Of a stretch of DNA of 64,000 nucleotides, positions 52,045 to 64,000 are shown piece after piece (positions within the stretch are counted from its first letter, which is position 1; each line of letters starts with the position of its first letter). Source of the DNA: Octopus vulgaris. Taxonomy: Eukaryota. The stretch covers positions 46,624,001 to 46,688,000 of the forward strand of contig OX597827.1 of assembly GCA_951406725.2 (NCBI GenBank), in the 5' to 3' direction. The notes under the pieces are model-generated. The model worked only from the letters and a program-made list of their open reading frames with translations. It ran no database searches and was not told where the DNA came from. Both the position numbers and the translations under genes were made by a program.

Positions 52045-55000
52045 ACACCGCCGGCAACAACGTACACCTCACCTCGATACTCCTACTGAACATCAGAGGA
52101 CTGCAAACACTCAGTAACAGGACAAAGATCCCGTTCCTGAGAGACTTTGTTGCATGCAATCAAGCCTTATGCATAGCACTTACAGAAACGCACCTGAAAC
52201 CGGACATAGCAGATGCGGAGTTACACATACCACAGTATGCTGTACTACGGACCGACAGGAAAGAAAGGAGTCATGGAGGTGTTGCTATGTACATCCGTGA
52301 GGACCTCACACCCCAGGTCCTCTTGTCATACTCAAACTCGGTGTGTGACACACTAATTGTACATATTAGGCAACTTGATGTAGTTGTGTGTGCTACATAT
52401 CGCCCTCCAGATGCCCCAAGCCATGTGGGCAAGTTTGAAGACTGCCTTATAAAAATAGAAGAAATTCTAACCACATTAGAACAACACATAGGTGTGCTTC
52501 TTATGGGAGACTTCAATCTGCCCAATGTCAGATGGCCCGAGGGCCTTTCTCTCCCAGGAATGACAAGATGTGAACGAGGACAGGCGAGGTCCCTCCTGAA
52601 CCTCATCAACACCCTGTACATGGAGCAGGTAATACTCCAACCAACCAGGGCAGGTAACACACTGGATCTCTGCTTCACAAATGACATGGATCTCATCCAT
52701 AATGTGAAAGTGACACCGACACTACTCTCGGATCACAACATGATAGAGCTGACCATGTACGGGCCAAAAGAGAGCACGGACATGCAGCCTACAAGAAACC
52801 CTCAAAATCTTTCCAGCTTGAACTACCATAAGGCAAACTGGAAACAAATTGAGAAAGAGATCCTCAAACAAAACTGGCCTAAATTCATGTCTGTAATGCA
52901 AGCCATATGCTACAAATGTGTCCCAGAGAGAAAGGCCACTGTACACAAGAACAAAATCCCCAGAGAGAGGAAAATTTTAATGAGACGGCGTACGAAATTT
53001 TCAAATCGCCTAAACAAACAGATTGAAAGCAGTGAAAAGTCCCGCCTGAAAATAAAACTGTTGGAAATCGAAAAATGTCTGCAACTCTCCCATGAAAAAG
53101 AAAGAGCAGACAAAGAAGCCTGGGCTATAGAAAACATAAAATCTAACCCCAGAGCTTTCTACAGGTATGCCAAAGAAACAGCTACAGTGCACTGTAGAAT
53201 AGGGCCACTCCTCGAAAAGGGTGGCACACTTACAGGAAAACCAATGAGGGTAAGTGAAATACTGAATGAGTAATTCAAGAGTGTTTTCACTCCACCCCTT
53301 GGGCATCTCCAAATCACCAATCCAACTGACTTTTTTACCACTGCAGATATAAAATCAGAGGCGGCGACGATAGATTACATCGATATAAAGGAAGACGATG
53401 TAACCAAGGCTATAGATGAAATGAAAACAGACTCAGCTACTGGCCCCGATGGATTCCCGGCAATCCTCCTAAAAGCATGTAAGAGAGTCCTAGCAAGACC
53501 ACTGCAGTTCCTCTTTCAGAGCTTCCTTGCAGCTGGCAAACTTCCAGGAAAACTGAAGGAAGGTAAAATATGCCCCATTCATAAAGGAGGTAGCAGAGCG
53601 GAAGCCAAGAACTATAGACCTATCTCTCTGACCTCACACATCAGCAAGGTCATGGAACGAATAGTCAGAAGGAAGCTGATCACCTTCCTTGAAGAGAATG
53701 ACTTGCTGCCCGACACCCAACATGGTTTCCGACCAGGGAGAAGCTGTTTAACTCAGCTCCTACAACACTATGACTGGGTGCTGAAACGGCTGCTCAACCA
53801 CTCAAATGTGGAAGTGATATATCTCGACTTTGCAAAGGCCTTTGATAAAGTCGATCATGGAATGATATGTCACAAACTGCGTGATCTCAACATAGTTGGA
53901 AAACTGGGAGAATGGCTTCATGACTTTCTGAAGGATAGAAGTCAGGTGGTAGTAGCCAATGGGGCCACCTCCATTAGCACACAAATAGTGAGCGGTGTTC
54001 CGCAGGGCACTGTTCTGGGACCACTACTGTTCATAATGGCCCTCTCAGACATGCCCTCAGCCACGCAGAGAGCCACGATCACAAGTTATGCAGATGATAC
54101 AAAAGTTTCACAGGCAATACAGAACCCTGAGGACACTAAACACCTGCAATGTGAGCTGGACGAAATATACAAGTGGGCTGAAAAGAATAGCATGCAGTTC
54201 AATGCTGGAAAGTTTCAAGCTTTATACTATCAGCATGCAAAACTGAATGCAATACCCAATGAATACACTGGACCCGGAGGGATTGCAATCCCAGAGGCAC
54301 AATCAGTGCGTGACCTGGGTATTCACATGAGTGATGACGCGACCTTTCATGTACATGTTGCTAAACTGACAATGAAATGTAGACGGCTGGCTGGATGGAT
54401 TCTTAGAACCTTTAGAACAAGAGAACAAGAAACCATGATGGTCCTCTGGAAGACACTTGTCCTAAGCCACTTTGACTATTGCTCTCAGCTATGGTCACCA
54501 TCCAGTGTCAAGTTGATCACAGAACTTGAGGCGATCCAACGAAGCTACACAAAGAAGATAGCCTCTATGCAGAATGTAAGCTACTGGGAAAGACTCAAGA
54601 GATTAAAATTATATTCCCTGGAGCGTAGGCGGAAAAGATATGCCATAATATACATCTGGAAGATCCTAGAGGGAAGTGTCCTGAACTTTGGCATCGAGAG
54701 TTACGCAAATGCCAGAACTGGGCGCCACTGCGTGGTGCCTAGGACTCCAAACCTGCCATCAAGATGTAGGACAAGATTCTGTGATAGCCTGGGCTTCCGA
54801 GGCCCACAGCTCTTCAATATCCTCCCGAAGAACCTGAGAGACCTGCATGGGGTGGATACAGATGTCTTTAAAATGAAGCTGGATCTCTCCCTGTCAGGTG
54901 TCCCAGATGAACCAACTTCACGGCAGGAGGGGCAGATGAGGGCAGCTGCATCGAACTCTCTCATGCACCAAATAGCAGTTGCTAGAAAGCCTCCATGAAG

Positions 55001-55091
55001 TGAAACCAAGTAGCAACACCAAATGGCGGTGCCCCAGCATGGCCACAGCTCATAAGCTGAAACTAGAATCAATCAATCAATCAATCAATCA
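52041..55091 (+). mobile_element. CR1/L2-group LINE, copy 2 (ORF2 only, one nonsense codon)
   Basis: Begins at the ATG of MDTAGNN directly after (TA)n; APE 52041-53273; CAA>TAA at 53271; RT 53421-54998; 39-nt in-frame deletion near 52883; (ATCA)n tail. Near-identical to copy 1. Confidence 0.96.
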
Positions 55092-55168
55092 TATGTAATA
55101 TTAGGGAATATTATTCCAAACTTACAGGGAAAAGTTCAATTTAGAAATGCTAAATCAAATTTCACAAA

Positions 55169-55206
<38 letters not shown>

Positions 55207-55207
55207 A

Positions 55208-55522
55208 ATTAGAAAAAAACGCCTTTTATCAATTCAACAATGAAAAAATGAAATTATACCATACAGAAAACAATTACATGCAATAGAAAAAATTAAATAT
55301 AAGATAAAGACATATACAAATGATTAAGTTTATAAAACGTAAATAAAATATATATATACATATATAACATATACCAATGATTAAGTAAATATTTCTTATT
55401 TTGCACATTACTTAATCATTGGTATATGTTTTTATCTTATATTTAATTTTTTCTATTGGATGTAATTGTTTTCTATATGGTATGATCTAATTTTTTCATT
55501 GTTGAATTGATAAAAGGTGTTT

Positions 55523-55531
<9 letters not shown>
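55208..55531. repeat. AT-rich fold-back element in (TA)n
   Basis: Arms ~55208-55316 / 55422-55531 (CCTTTTATCAATTCAACAATGAAAAAAT and its reverse complement). Confidence 0.8.
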
Positions 55532-55601
<70 letters not shown>

Positions 55602-55604
55602 TAT

Positions 55605-55803
55605 ATGTTGAAAAATACAAACTGAGACAAGAACGTAAGACATTTAGAAGACGATACAAAAAACGGACGGGACATTCGAAGCCTTCAATCTTCAGTCAAG
55701 AACCGGATCATCCTAGCAATTTCGGCTGATTAATCTTGAGATCGCTCCGATACGGCCAGCCCCAAGGAAAAACTAAGCTACGAGCATTAGATTTCTTGGA
55801 AAA

Positions 55804-55842
<39 letters not shown>

Positions 55843-56020
55843 ATCCAAACATGAAAACACAACGCGAGGACGTGAACAAGTATAGTGTTATTGGCCGCTC
55901 AGGAAAAGAAAGCAAGAAGGAGGATTTAACGTTTCGAGCGGAGCTCTTCGTCAGAAGCATAGAAAAAGGAAAGGTGTAAGAAGGGAAGACGGAGAAAAAA
56001 ATTGCTAACGATACACACGA
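55605..56020 (-). mobile_element. Composite element A-(TA)n-B, diverged inverted homolog of 17620-18030
   Basis: Shared blocks CATGTTTGGATTAACTA, GTCCTCGCGTTG, CTCAAGATTAATCAGCCGAAAT and GATGATCCGGTTCTTGACTGA in the same order. Confidence 0.8.
55924..55958 (-). ncRNA. Minimal hammerhead motif in element A
   Basis: Minus strand: GCTT CTGACGA a GAGC tcc GCTC GAAA CG TT AAAT. Core intact, stem I weak. Confidence 0.7.
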
Positions 56021-56075
56021 GATCACATCAGTTGTCAAGTGATGTTGGGGGGAACAAACACAGACACACAAACAT

Positions 56076-56107
<32 letters not shown>

Positions 56108-56306
56108 GTATGTGTGTATATGTTTGTGTGTCTGTGTTTGTCCCCCCAACATCACTTGACAACCGATGCTGGTGTGTTTACGTCTCCGTAACTTAGCGGT
56201 TCGGCAAAAGAGACCGATAGAATAAGTACTTGGCTTGCAAAGAATAAGTCCTGGGATCAGCATGGCTGCAATCAAATGACTGAAATAAGTAAAAGAATAA
56301 AGAATA

Positions 56307-56358
<52 letters not shown>

Positions 56359-57441
56359 CATGTATATATATCTCTATGCATGTGTGCTTGCGTACACGGA
56401 CGTATATACATATACATATATACGTACGTAGATACATGTATACATACATGTACATATGCATATACAATTAAACTGACTTATGCATGTTTGATTCTTTATA
56501 TGTGTATATATAAGTGTATATGATTGGGTACGTGTATCTGTGCTTTTAGGAGTGTTTATATATTAATATTTGACTACAGATGCATGTCACTACAGAAACA
56601 CACATCATCTCTATGCGTTTATTTGGGTACGTATGTATGTCTACGTAGTTACATATATTCATATATCTATATATTTGTATATTTATAAATGTTGCAAACA
56701 GAATCATTGATCACTCCAAACATTAAAAAAGAAAAATTCCCCGTTGAATATTTCTTAAAAGAAAGCTTCTTACATTAACACTAGATTTGACCTCTTATTG
56801 ACTTATGTTCTATAACAAATTGCACCGTTGTTATTATGCGTCCATTCTTATATGAACCCTAAAATCGCACAACTTCATTCCATACATAAGGAGTATTGAT
56901 TAGCTGTAATATATCGTGTCTTGAGCAATATATACCTGACATACAAACCATTATACAACTTCTCTTTTAACACTCTGCTTTAGATCTGCGACTGACTCTA
57001 CGCCGCCAAATAACAAACTTCATTGAATCAAACAAGAAAATAGTCTCTACCGCCCATACCCTACAAGCAGATAATTACCTCGAGTTCTCTGTCTCCCATT
57101 TCTTCACAACTACTCTTTTCAGCCCAACCACACTCAATTTTTATATACATTGCTCCAAACACCAAAGGAATGCCCTTTCAAAACACTATATAATAAAGCA
57201 TCAAAACCAAACTAAATCAAAGTTTGATGACGGATAGTAAACCGAAACTTCAAAATCACCGTCAAACACTTTTTCCACAGTATAAATGAATAAATATGGT
57301 ATTCTACAGAAAAGTATTGAGTATTCTTTCAGTTTGATGTCCAAATGTTTTACATATACTTTACATAATAGCAAATATATATATAATATAATATAATATA
57401 TATTTGATACACACACACACATATATATGTGTATATATATG

Positions 57442-57510
<69 letters not shown>

Positions 57511-57623
57511 GCATTCATATGTATATATAATATAATAAAATATAGTATAATATAAATTATTAAAATTATAATTTTGGGTATCTAAGAGATACACCCGCGC
57601 TGGAAATAGCGTGTAGTGGCTAG

Positions 57624-57685
<62 letters not shown>

Positions 57686-57710
57686 ATAATATCAATATTA
57701 TCAGTATGTA

Positions 57711-57794
<84 letters not shown>

Positions 57795-57832
57795 CATATA
57801 TATATATATGTATGTTTGTACGTATGTATGTA

Positions 57833-57880
<48 letters not shown>

Positions 57881-58017
57881 CATAGAGATTAATGAGACGG
57901 AAGATGGAAGATGCGGGAATGTTTATTAATCACTACAGTTGTTTCGACCCATCAAGCATCGATCCCTCACGGGTAGGTTACTTAACAACTGGTGGCTTAG
58001 GTGCATCTGTCGGTGCA

Positions 58018-58129
<112 letters not shown>

Positions 58130-58533
58130 TACGACATGCTTTCAGTTTTCGTTTACCAAATCTATCTGACCCGAGATTATAGTAGAACACATCTACACAG
58201 TAGGTCTGAACCCAGAATGATGTGGTTGCGGAACAAACTTCCCAGCCTACTTTCACACCTACATTTATTAGCCGGGGTATCACAGACCAAACAGCCTATA
58301 ATTTCAAGCCAGAGTATTTCTCATACATTTGACAACATTCATGGTAGGAACTCTAGATATGTAAGTCACTTTAGATTCTCAGTCAATAAATATACATCTA
58401 CACTCTACTTTATGTATTGAGTTTTATTTCTCTAGTTTGTAATAAACCAATCTTATTAATAGGTTCCATATGTATACAAAAGGACAAGATAAACAGAGCA
58501 AAGAAAAATATTTCAATTTAATGTTTATTTTGT

Positions 58534-58580
58534 CTCACTGATAATATAGTTGATTCTATCGAAACCTTTTAAGGACTGAA
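58534..58580 (+). ncRNA. Decayed hammerhead motif
   Basis: cTCA CTGATAA tATAG ttgatt CTATc GAAA CCTT tt AAGG AC TGAa. Three stems are retained; two core positions are mutated. Confidence 0.55.
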
Positions 58581-58679
58581 ACGTTCAGCTATTTCTATAC
58601 ACGAAATCCACCCACAGTCTCAATGTCTCTCTCTCCCCACTTCTATCTCTCTCTCGATAGATATCAATATATATACACA

Positions 58680-58729
<50 letters not shown>

Positions 58730-58760
58730 AATATATATATATTTATATATACATATATAT

Positions 58761-58839
<79 letters not shown>

Positions 58840-59063
58840 TATATATATTTAACTATATATATCTATACACATATATATGTATATGATATATACATGTTTG
58901 TATGTATCTTTCTATACGTTTATCTATCAATCTATCTACACACCCCCACATATATATAGATATATAATATATATACATATATATATATATAGTGTGTGTG
59001 TGTGTTTGTGTATATATATATATATATACATACATACATATATATATATATATACATGTGGTG

Positions 59064-59096
<33 letters not shown>

Positions 59097-59173
59097 GATA
59101 CATTCATGCATACGTACATAAATACATACATACATACATACATACATACATACATACATACACGCACACACAT

Positions 59174-59244
<71 letters not shown>

Positions 59245-59504
59245 CGGGCTTCTTTCAGTTTCCCTCTACCAAATCCTCTGACAAGGCAGGCGTTGGTCGG
59301 TCCGAGGCTATAATAGAAGACACTCGCCCAAGGTGCCATGTAGTGGGACTGAACCCAGAACCATCTGGTTAGTAAAATAAAGGCGAAATGAAATCTCTCC
59401 AGAAGTGAAAGATATTGACAGATATTGATATTTCGCGGTCATTTCCACTATTCAGTGGAATGAGTATAATAAAAATAATGATAATGATAATAATAATAAT
59501 AATG

Positions 59505-59562
<58 letters not shown>

Positions 59563-59563
<1 letters not shown>

Positions 59564-59765
59564 CCTTTCTACTATAGGCACAAGGCCTGGAATTTGCGAG
59601 GAGGGGTATAATCGATCGCATTGACACCAGTTCTTGACTAGTACTTAATTTATCGACCCCGAAAGGATGAAAGACAAAGTTGATATCGGCGGAATTTGAA
59701 CTCAGAACGTAAAGACAGACGAAGTACCGCTAAGCATTTTGTCGGCGTGCTAACAACACTGCCGA
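59563..59765 (-). mobile_element. SINE family 2 between (AAT)n tracts
   Basis: Reverse-complement homology to 11034-11230. Confidence 0.85.
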
Positions 59766-59795
59766 ATGATAATAATAATAATAATAATAATAATC

Positions 59796-59848
<53 letters not shown>

Positions 59849-60664
59849 TGGAACAAGCAGTTTTTTGAGGGGAGGAAGTTATTAGCTTATATCCAACCTA
59901 GTACTTAGCTAATACTTTATTTTATCGACTCCGAGAAGATGAAAGACGGAGTCAATCACGGTGGGATTTGAACTCAGATCTCTTTCATTCATCCCATTTT
60001 AATGCAACCCACCACCGACAATTTGTAACCAGTCTTTGTAATGTTGCTTTATTCGTTGCCCTTCCGGCAGTAATAAAAAAAGCAATTATTCTTGTCATTA
60101 TTGTGTTGAAGTGTACAGGCATGCTCAAGATAACTCTTAAAAGTTTAATTCTTCCACAATAAAAGAAAAAAATACGTCTTTTTTGTATAGTTATGTTTTT
60201 TAAATTCATTTTAATTTTATAAACAAGGACTTTCGAAAAGTTTTTGAAGTATACTGCATTGCCCGTGGTAGAGAAAAGGTCTGTCTTTTAGATGTAGAAT
60301 TTGAATTGTTGTTTACTAGTGATTTAATATGGTTTCTTCTGGTGCATAAATTTCATATGGTTTCTTCTCCTGGGGCTTTGTAACAGATGAGTTAGCACCA
60401 ATAATACTCCCAAAGAAACAAATGTTTGAAAATAATTGCACAGAGTTTTAAACAAATACAACAAAGAAATCTTAAAAGAAAAGTAATACATACGAAAAAG
60501 TAGACAGATCATAGAATTATACTTTAACAAAGGGAAAAAGAAATTATTTCTAACAAGAAATATCTAGTATGAGCTTCAGAACAATAGTGACAGTTTTGCT
60601 AGCATTGCTAACCATAGGGAGGTATTCGGTATAAGTTGGCTTCCTAAAAGAAAAGAATTTATTA

Positions 60665-60870
60665 TACACTAGGTACAAGGTTCGAATTTTTTGGGGAGGG
60701 GGGCCAGTCGATAAGATCGACCCCAGTGTGCAACTGGTGCTTAATTTATCGACCTCTAAAGGATGAAAGGAAAAGTTGACATCGACGGAATTTGAACTCA
60801 GAACATAAAGACAGATGAAATACCGCTAAGCATTTAGCTCGGCGTGCTAACGTTTCTGCCAGCTCGCCAC
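60665..60870 (-). mobile_element. SINE family 2
   Basis: Reverse-complement homology to 11034-11230. Confidence 0.85.
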
Positions 60871-60924
60871 TTTACTGTCTTTTAATATTCTTTTAATATT
60901 CTTGTCTACTCTAGGTACAAGGCC

Positions 60925-61232
60925 CGAAACTTTGCAGGAAGTCTCATCCTCGGAACTTTCCAGGAAGTCCTCGGAATTGTCGAAGACGTCTCATCCTTGG
61001 AACTTTGCAGGGAGTCCTTGGAATTTTCCATGAAGTCTCATCCTTGTAACTTTCCAGGAAATCTCATGCTCCGAACTTTCCAGGATATCATCGGAAGTTT
61101 CCAGAAACTCTAGTCCTTGGAACTTTCCAGGAAGTCTCATCTCGGAAGTTTCCAGGATATCCTCGGAAGTTTCCAGGAAGTCTAATCCTTTGAACTTTCC
61201 AGGAAGTCCACGGAATTTTCCATGAAGTCTCA
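60925..61232. repeat. Minisatellite of GGAACTTTCCAGGAAGTC(TCAT)CCT-like units
   Basis: Roughly a dozen degenerate 20-25 nt units are visible. Confidence 0.85.
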
Positions 61233-61699
61233 CTACTGGAATGGTATCTGTAACAAACTCAGTATAGTGGAGCAACATAAAATGTAGAGTCTTGCTCAAG
61301 AACCTAGTGAATCACCCACACCAGAAATGAAGCATCCTCGTGAAGATCTTCGGTCAAAGACCCTAACCACAAGGCCGCTTGCTTTGTTACTAGATGTATT
61401 AAAACAGGAAGTTCAAGTTTTCTGATACTATTGCAATCCTGTCCATTAACAGACCACAAACAAACAAACAAACAGATAGACCGACAGAGGAACCTTCAAG
61501 AAAAACATGTGAACTTTCCAGGGCTTATATTAAAATAGATTAATTTAATAAAATTTAATTCATTTTCTTTTTCTTTTTTACTCAGCATGATTAAATCGTG
61601 TTTTTATAGTGACTGAAGCCGGTAGCTAATTTAGATCAGAATATAAATGTTCTCTTGTTTTTCTTTATGTGTTTTTTTATGATAAAGTTCTCAAAGTAT

Positions 61700-62758
61700 T
61701 TTCTTCTTATTTTTTTTCGTCCACGCGTTCAGTAGTTGGGCAGCTCGGAAACTTCGATAATTTCATTTATCAAAGCCTCGCGAAATGCGAGTCCAGTTGC
61801 TTCCCCACCCAACATTCGCCAGATCAGATGTGTGTTCACGAGTGCCATAACCGCAATGTACAAAAATATTTTTTTGTACGATTTTCCGAATCTTCGCGCA
61901 GATTTGTGCGTGGTAGCCAGCTGATCGGATCTATCCACCCCACTCATTGCTCTGTTGCAGTCCTGTACAACATCGGGTTTTATGATGGGAGACCCTTGCA
62001 CGATTCCGTTTGCCAGTTTCAGACATTGCAGTGGAGTGCATCGTACTCACCATGATCACGTACTTTCTGTTTCGTCAGATCAACGCCAGGAGACCACTGT
62101 CCGTCGAACGGTATGCAAATTCTCCTTTCTCAAGTTTCGGCTTTCGAAGATCGAGGGGCATGTTCCTCCTGAAAGCGCGGACCGTCCCACAGGCGTTTGT
62201 TCTCCTGGCCTGCAGCTGCTGAAACAAGTCGGGACTGGAAAACCAGTCATCCATAGAAATGTTATACCCTTTGTCTAACAGTTAGTCATTCAATGACGAC
62301 ATTAGTTGATGCTAGAACGTCCGCGACCCTGTCCTCGCCAGTATATATTTTAAAGTTCCAGATATAGCCACATGCGACACCGGATGGCTGATAAACTTTA
62401 TATACTTTCACTCCAAAGCGCGCACGTTTTGTAGGGTTGTACTGTCTGAATCGCAACCGCCCCTTGAATTTCCAGAGACTTTCGTCTGTGGAAATATCTT
62501 GCGTAGGTATATAGACAGTTTTGAAATTTTCCGTGACTGCGTCAACAATTGGCCGAAGTTTGTGCAGCCTGTCTTCGGTGTTGACACCCGAGTTGAAGTG
62601 TAGGCTTTTCAGTAGCGCGAAAAAACCATCGCGCGGCATCGTGTCGGCGAAAAACGGTGTCGCCGTTTGAGAGTTCCTACTCCAATACGAACCGAGGGTG
62701 GGTTTTCTTACGATGCCCATGAGATTAAGTAGAGCAAGAAACACTTTGATTTCATCAA

Positions 62759-62760
<2 letters not shown>
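61700..62760 (-). pseudogene. piggyBac (PGBD4-like) transposase remnant
   Basis: DESLWKFKGRLRFRQYNPTKRARFGVKVY, then frameshifted LLDKGYNISMDDWFSSP...ACGTVR and KPDVVQDCNRAMSGVDRSDQ. All three catalytic-Asp regions are present; the 5' side runs into (GAT)n; no TIRs found. Confidence 0.9.
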
Positions 62761-62857
<97 letters not shown>

Positions 62858-62911
62858 CATTATTATTATCATCATCATCATCATACATGCATTGTACCTA
62901 TAGTAGAAAGG

Positions 62912-62970
<59 letters not shown>

Positions 62971-63000
62971 CATTAGTAGTAGTAGTAGTAGTAGTAGTAT
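62758..63000. repeat. Compound (CAT)n/(TAT)n/(TAG)n microsatellite
   Basis: Directly visible. Confidence 0.97.
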
Positions 63001-63168
63001 TCATCCGCCTTTACGCTCTGGGTTCTAATTCCGCCGTGGTCGACTTTATCTGTCATCCTTTCGGGGGGCGTCGATAAATTTAAGTACTAGTTGAGCACTG
63101 AAGTCAATGTAATAGACAAGTGCCATCCCACCCCCAAACTCCAGGCCTGGTGTCAATAGTAAAAAAAG

Positions 63169-63243
<75 letters not shown>

Positions 63244-63570
63244 ATACAATTTCAGGTGTCTACATTACTATCATTGATTTTTACTTCTTAGTAATTGTAT
63301 TTATTATTGATGCTCGTGTTATTGACGCTGTAGGAAATTATTACTGTTATTTGCACAATTGCTCCCAATACACAAAACATCTGTGTCTTCATCGTTCCCC
63401 GGTCTACCATTTAATCTGAAATATGAAGGAGTCGATTACCGCTGCGGCGGAAAAAAAAATTTTTTTCACACCGCTACAAACATACGCCATGTTGAAATGA
63501 ATTTCTACATTGAAAGTAGAAATAAATATTAAGCAACAAAAATAACTTCAACTACACACGCACCCACCAA

Positions 63571-64000
<430 letters not shown>

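Noticed and set aside
61700-62888. Domesticated PGBD gene with an acidic N-terminus
   Set aside because: The poly-D/N part is microsatellite and the transposase is frameshifted.

Overview
AT-rich, microsatellite-dense animal genomic DNA. The repeat families look like Octopus/cephalopod repeats; this is from recall and was not searched. Only one host gene is visible: three coding exons (+) of an ERI1-type DEDDh 3'-5' exoribonuclease at 2027-6818. The rest is transposon-derived: four tRNA-type SINE families, two near-identical oppositely oriented CR1/L2-group LINE copies, a decayed L1/Tx1 element with an inverted duplicate of its RT core, RTE, Tc1/mariner and piggyBac remnants, MITEs, and a decayed Penelope-like element (PLE) GIY-YIG end. 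The most striking signal, invisible in the ORF track, is about a dozen type-I hammerhead ribozyme (HHR) motifs, intact to decayed and from several unrelated sequence families. They sit in short ORF-less, often fold-back elements inserted in (TA)n-type microsatellites, and one lies directly downstream of the PLE endonuclease. Almost all other listed ORFs are microsatellite artefacts. All folds and alignments were done by eye and repeat boundaries are approximate.
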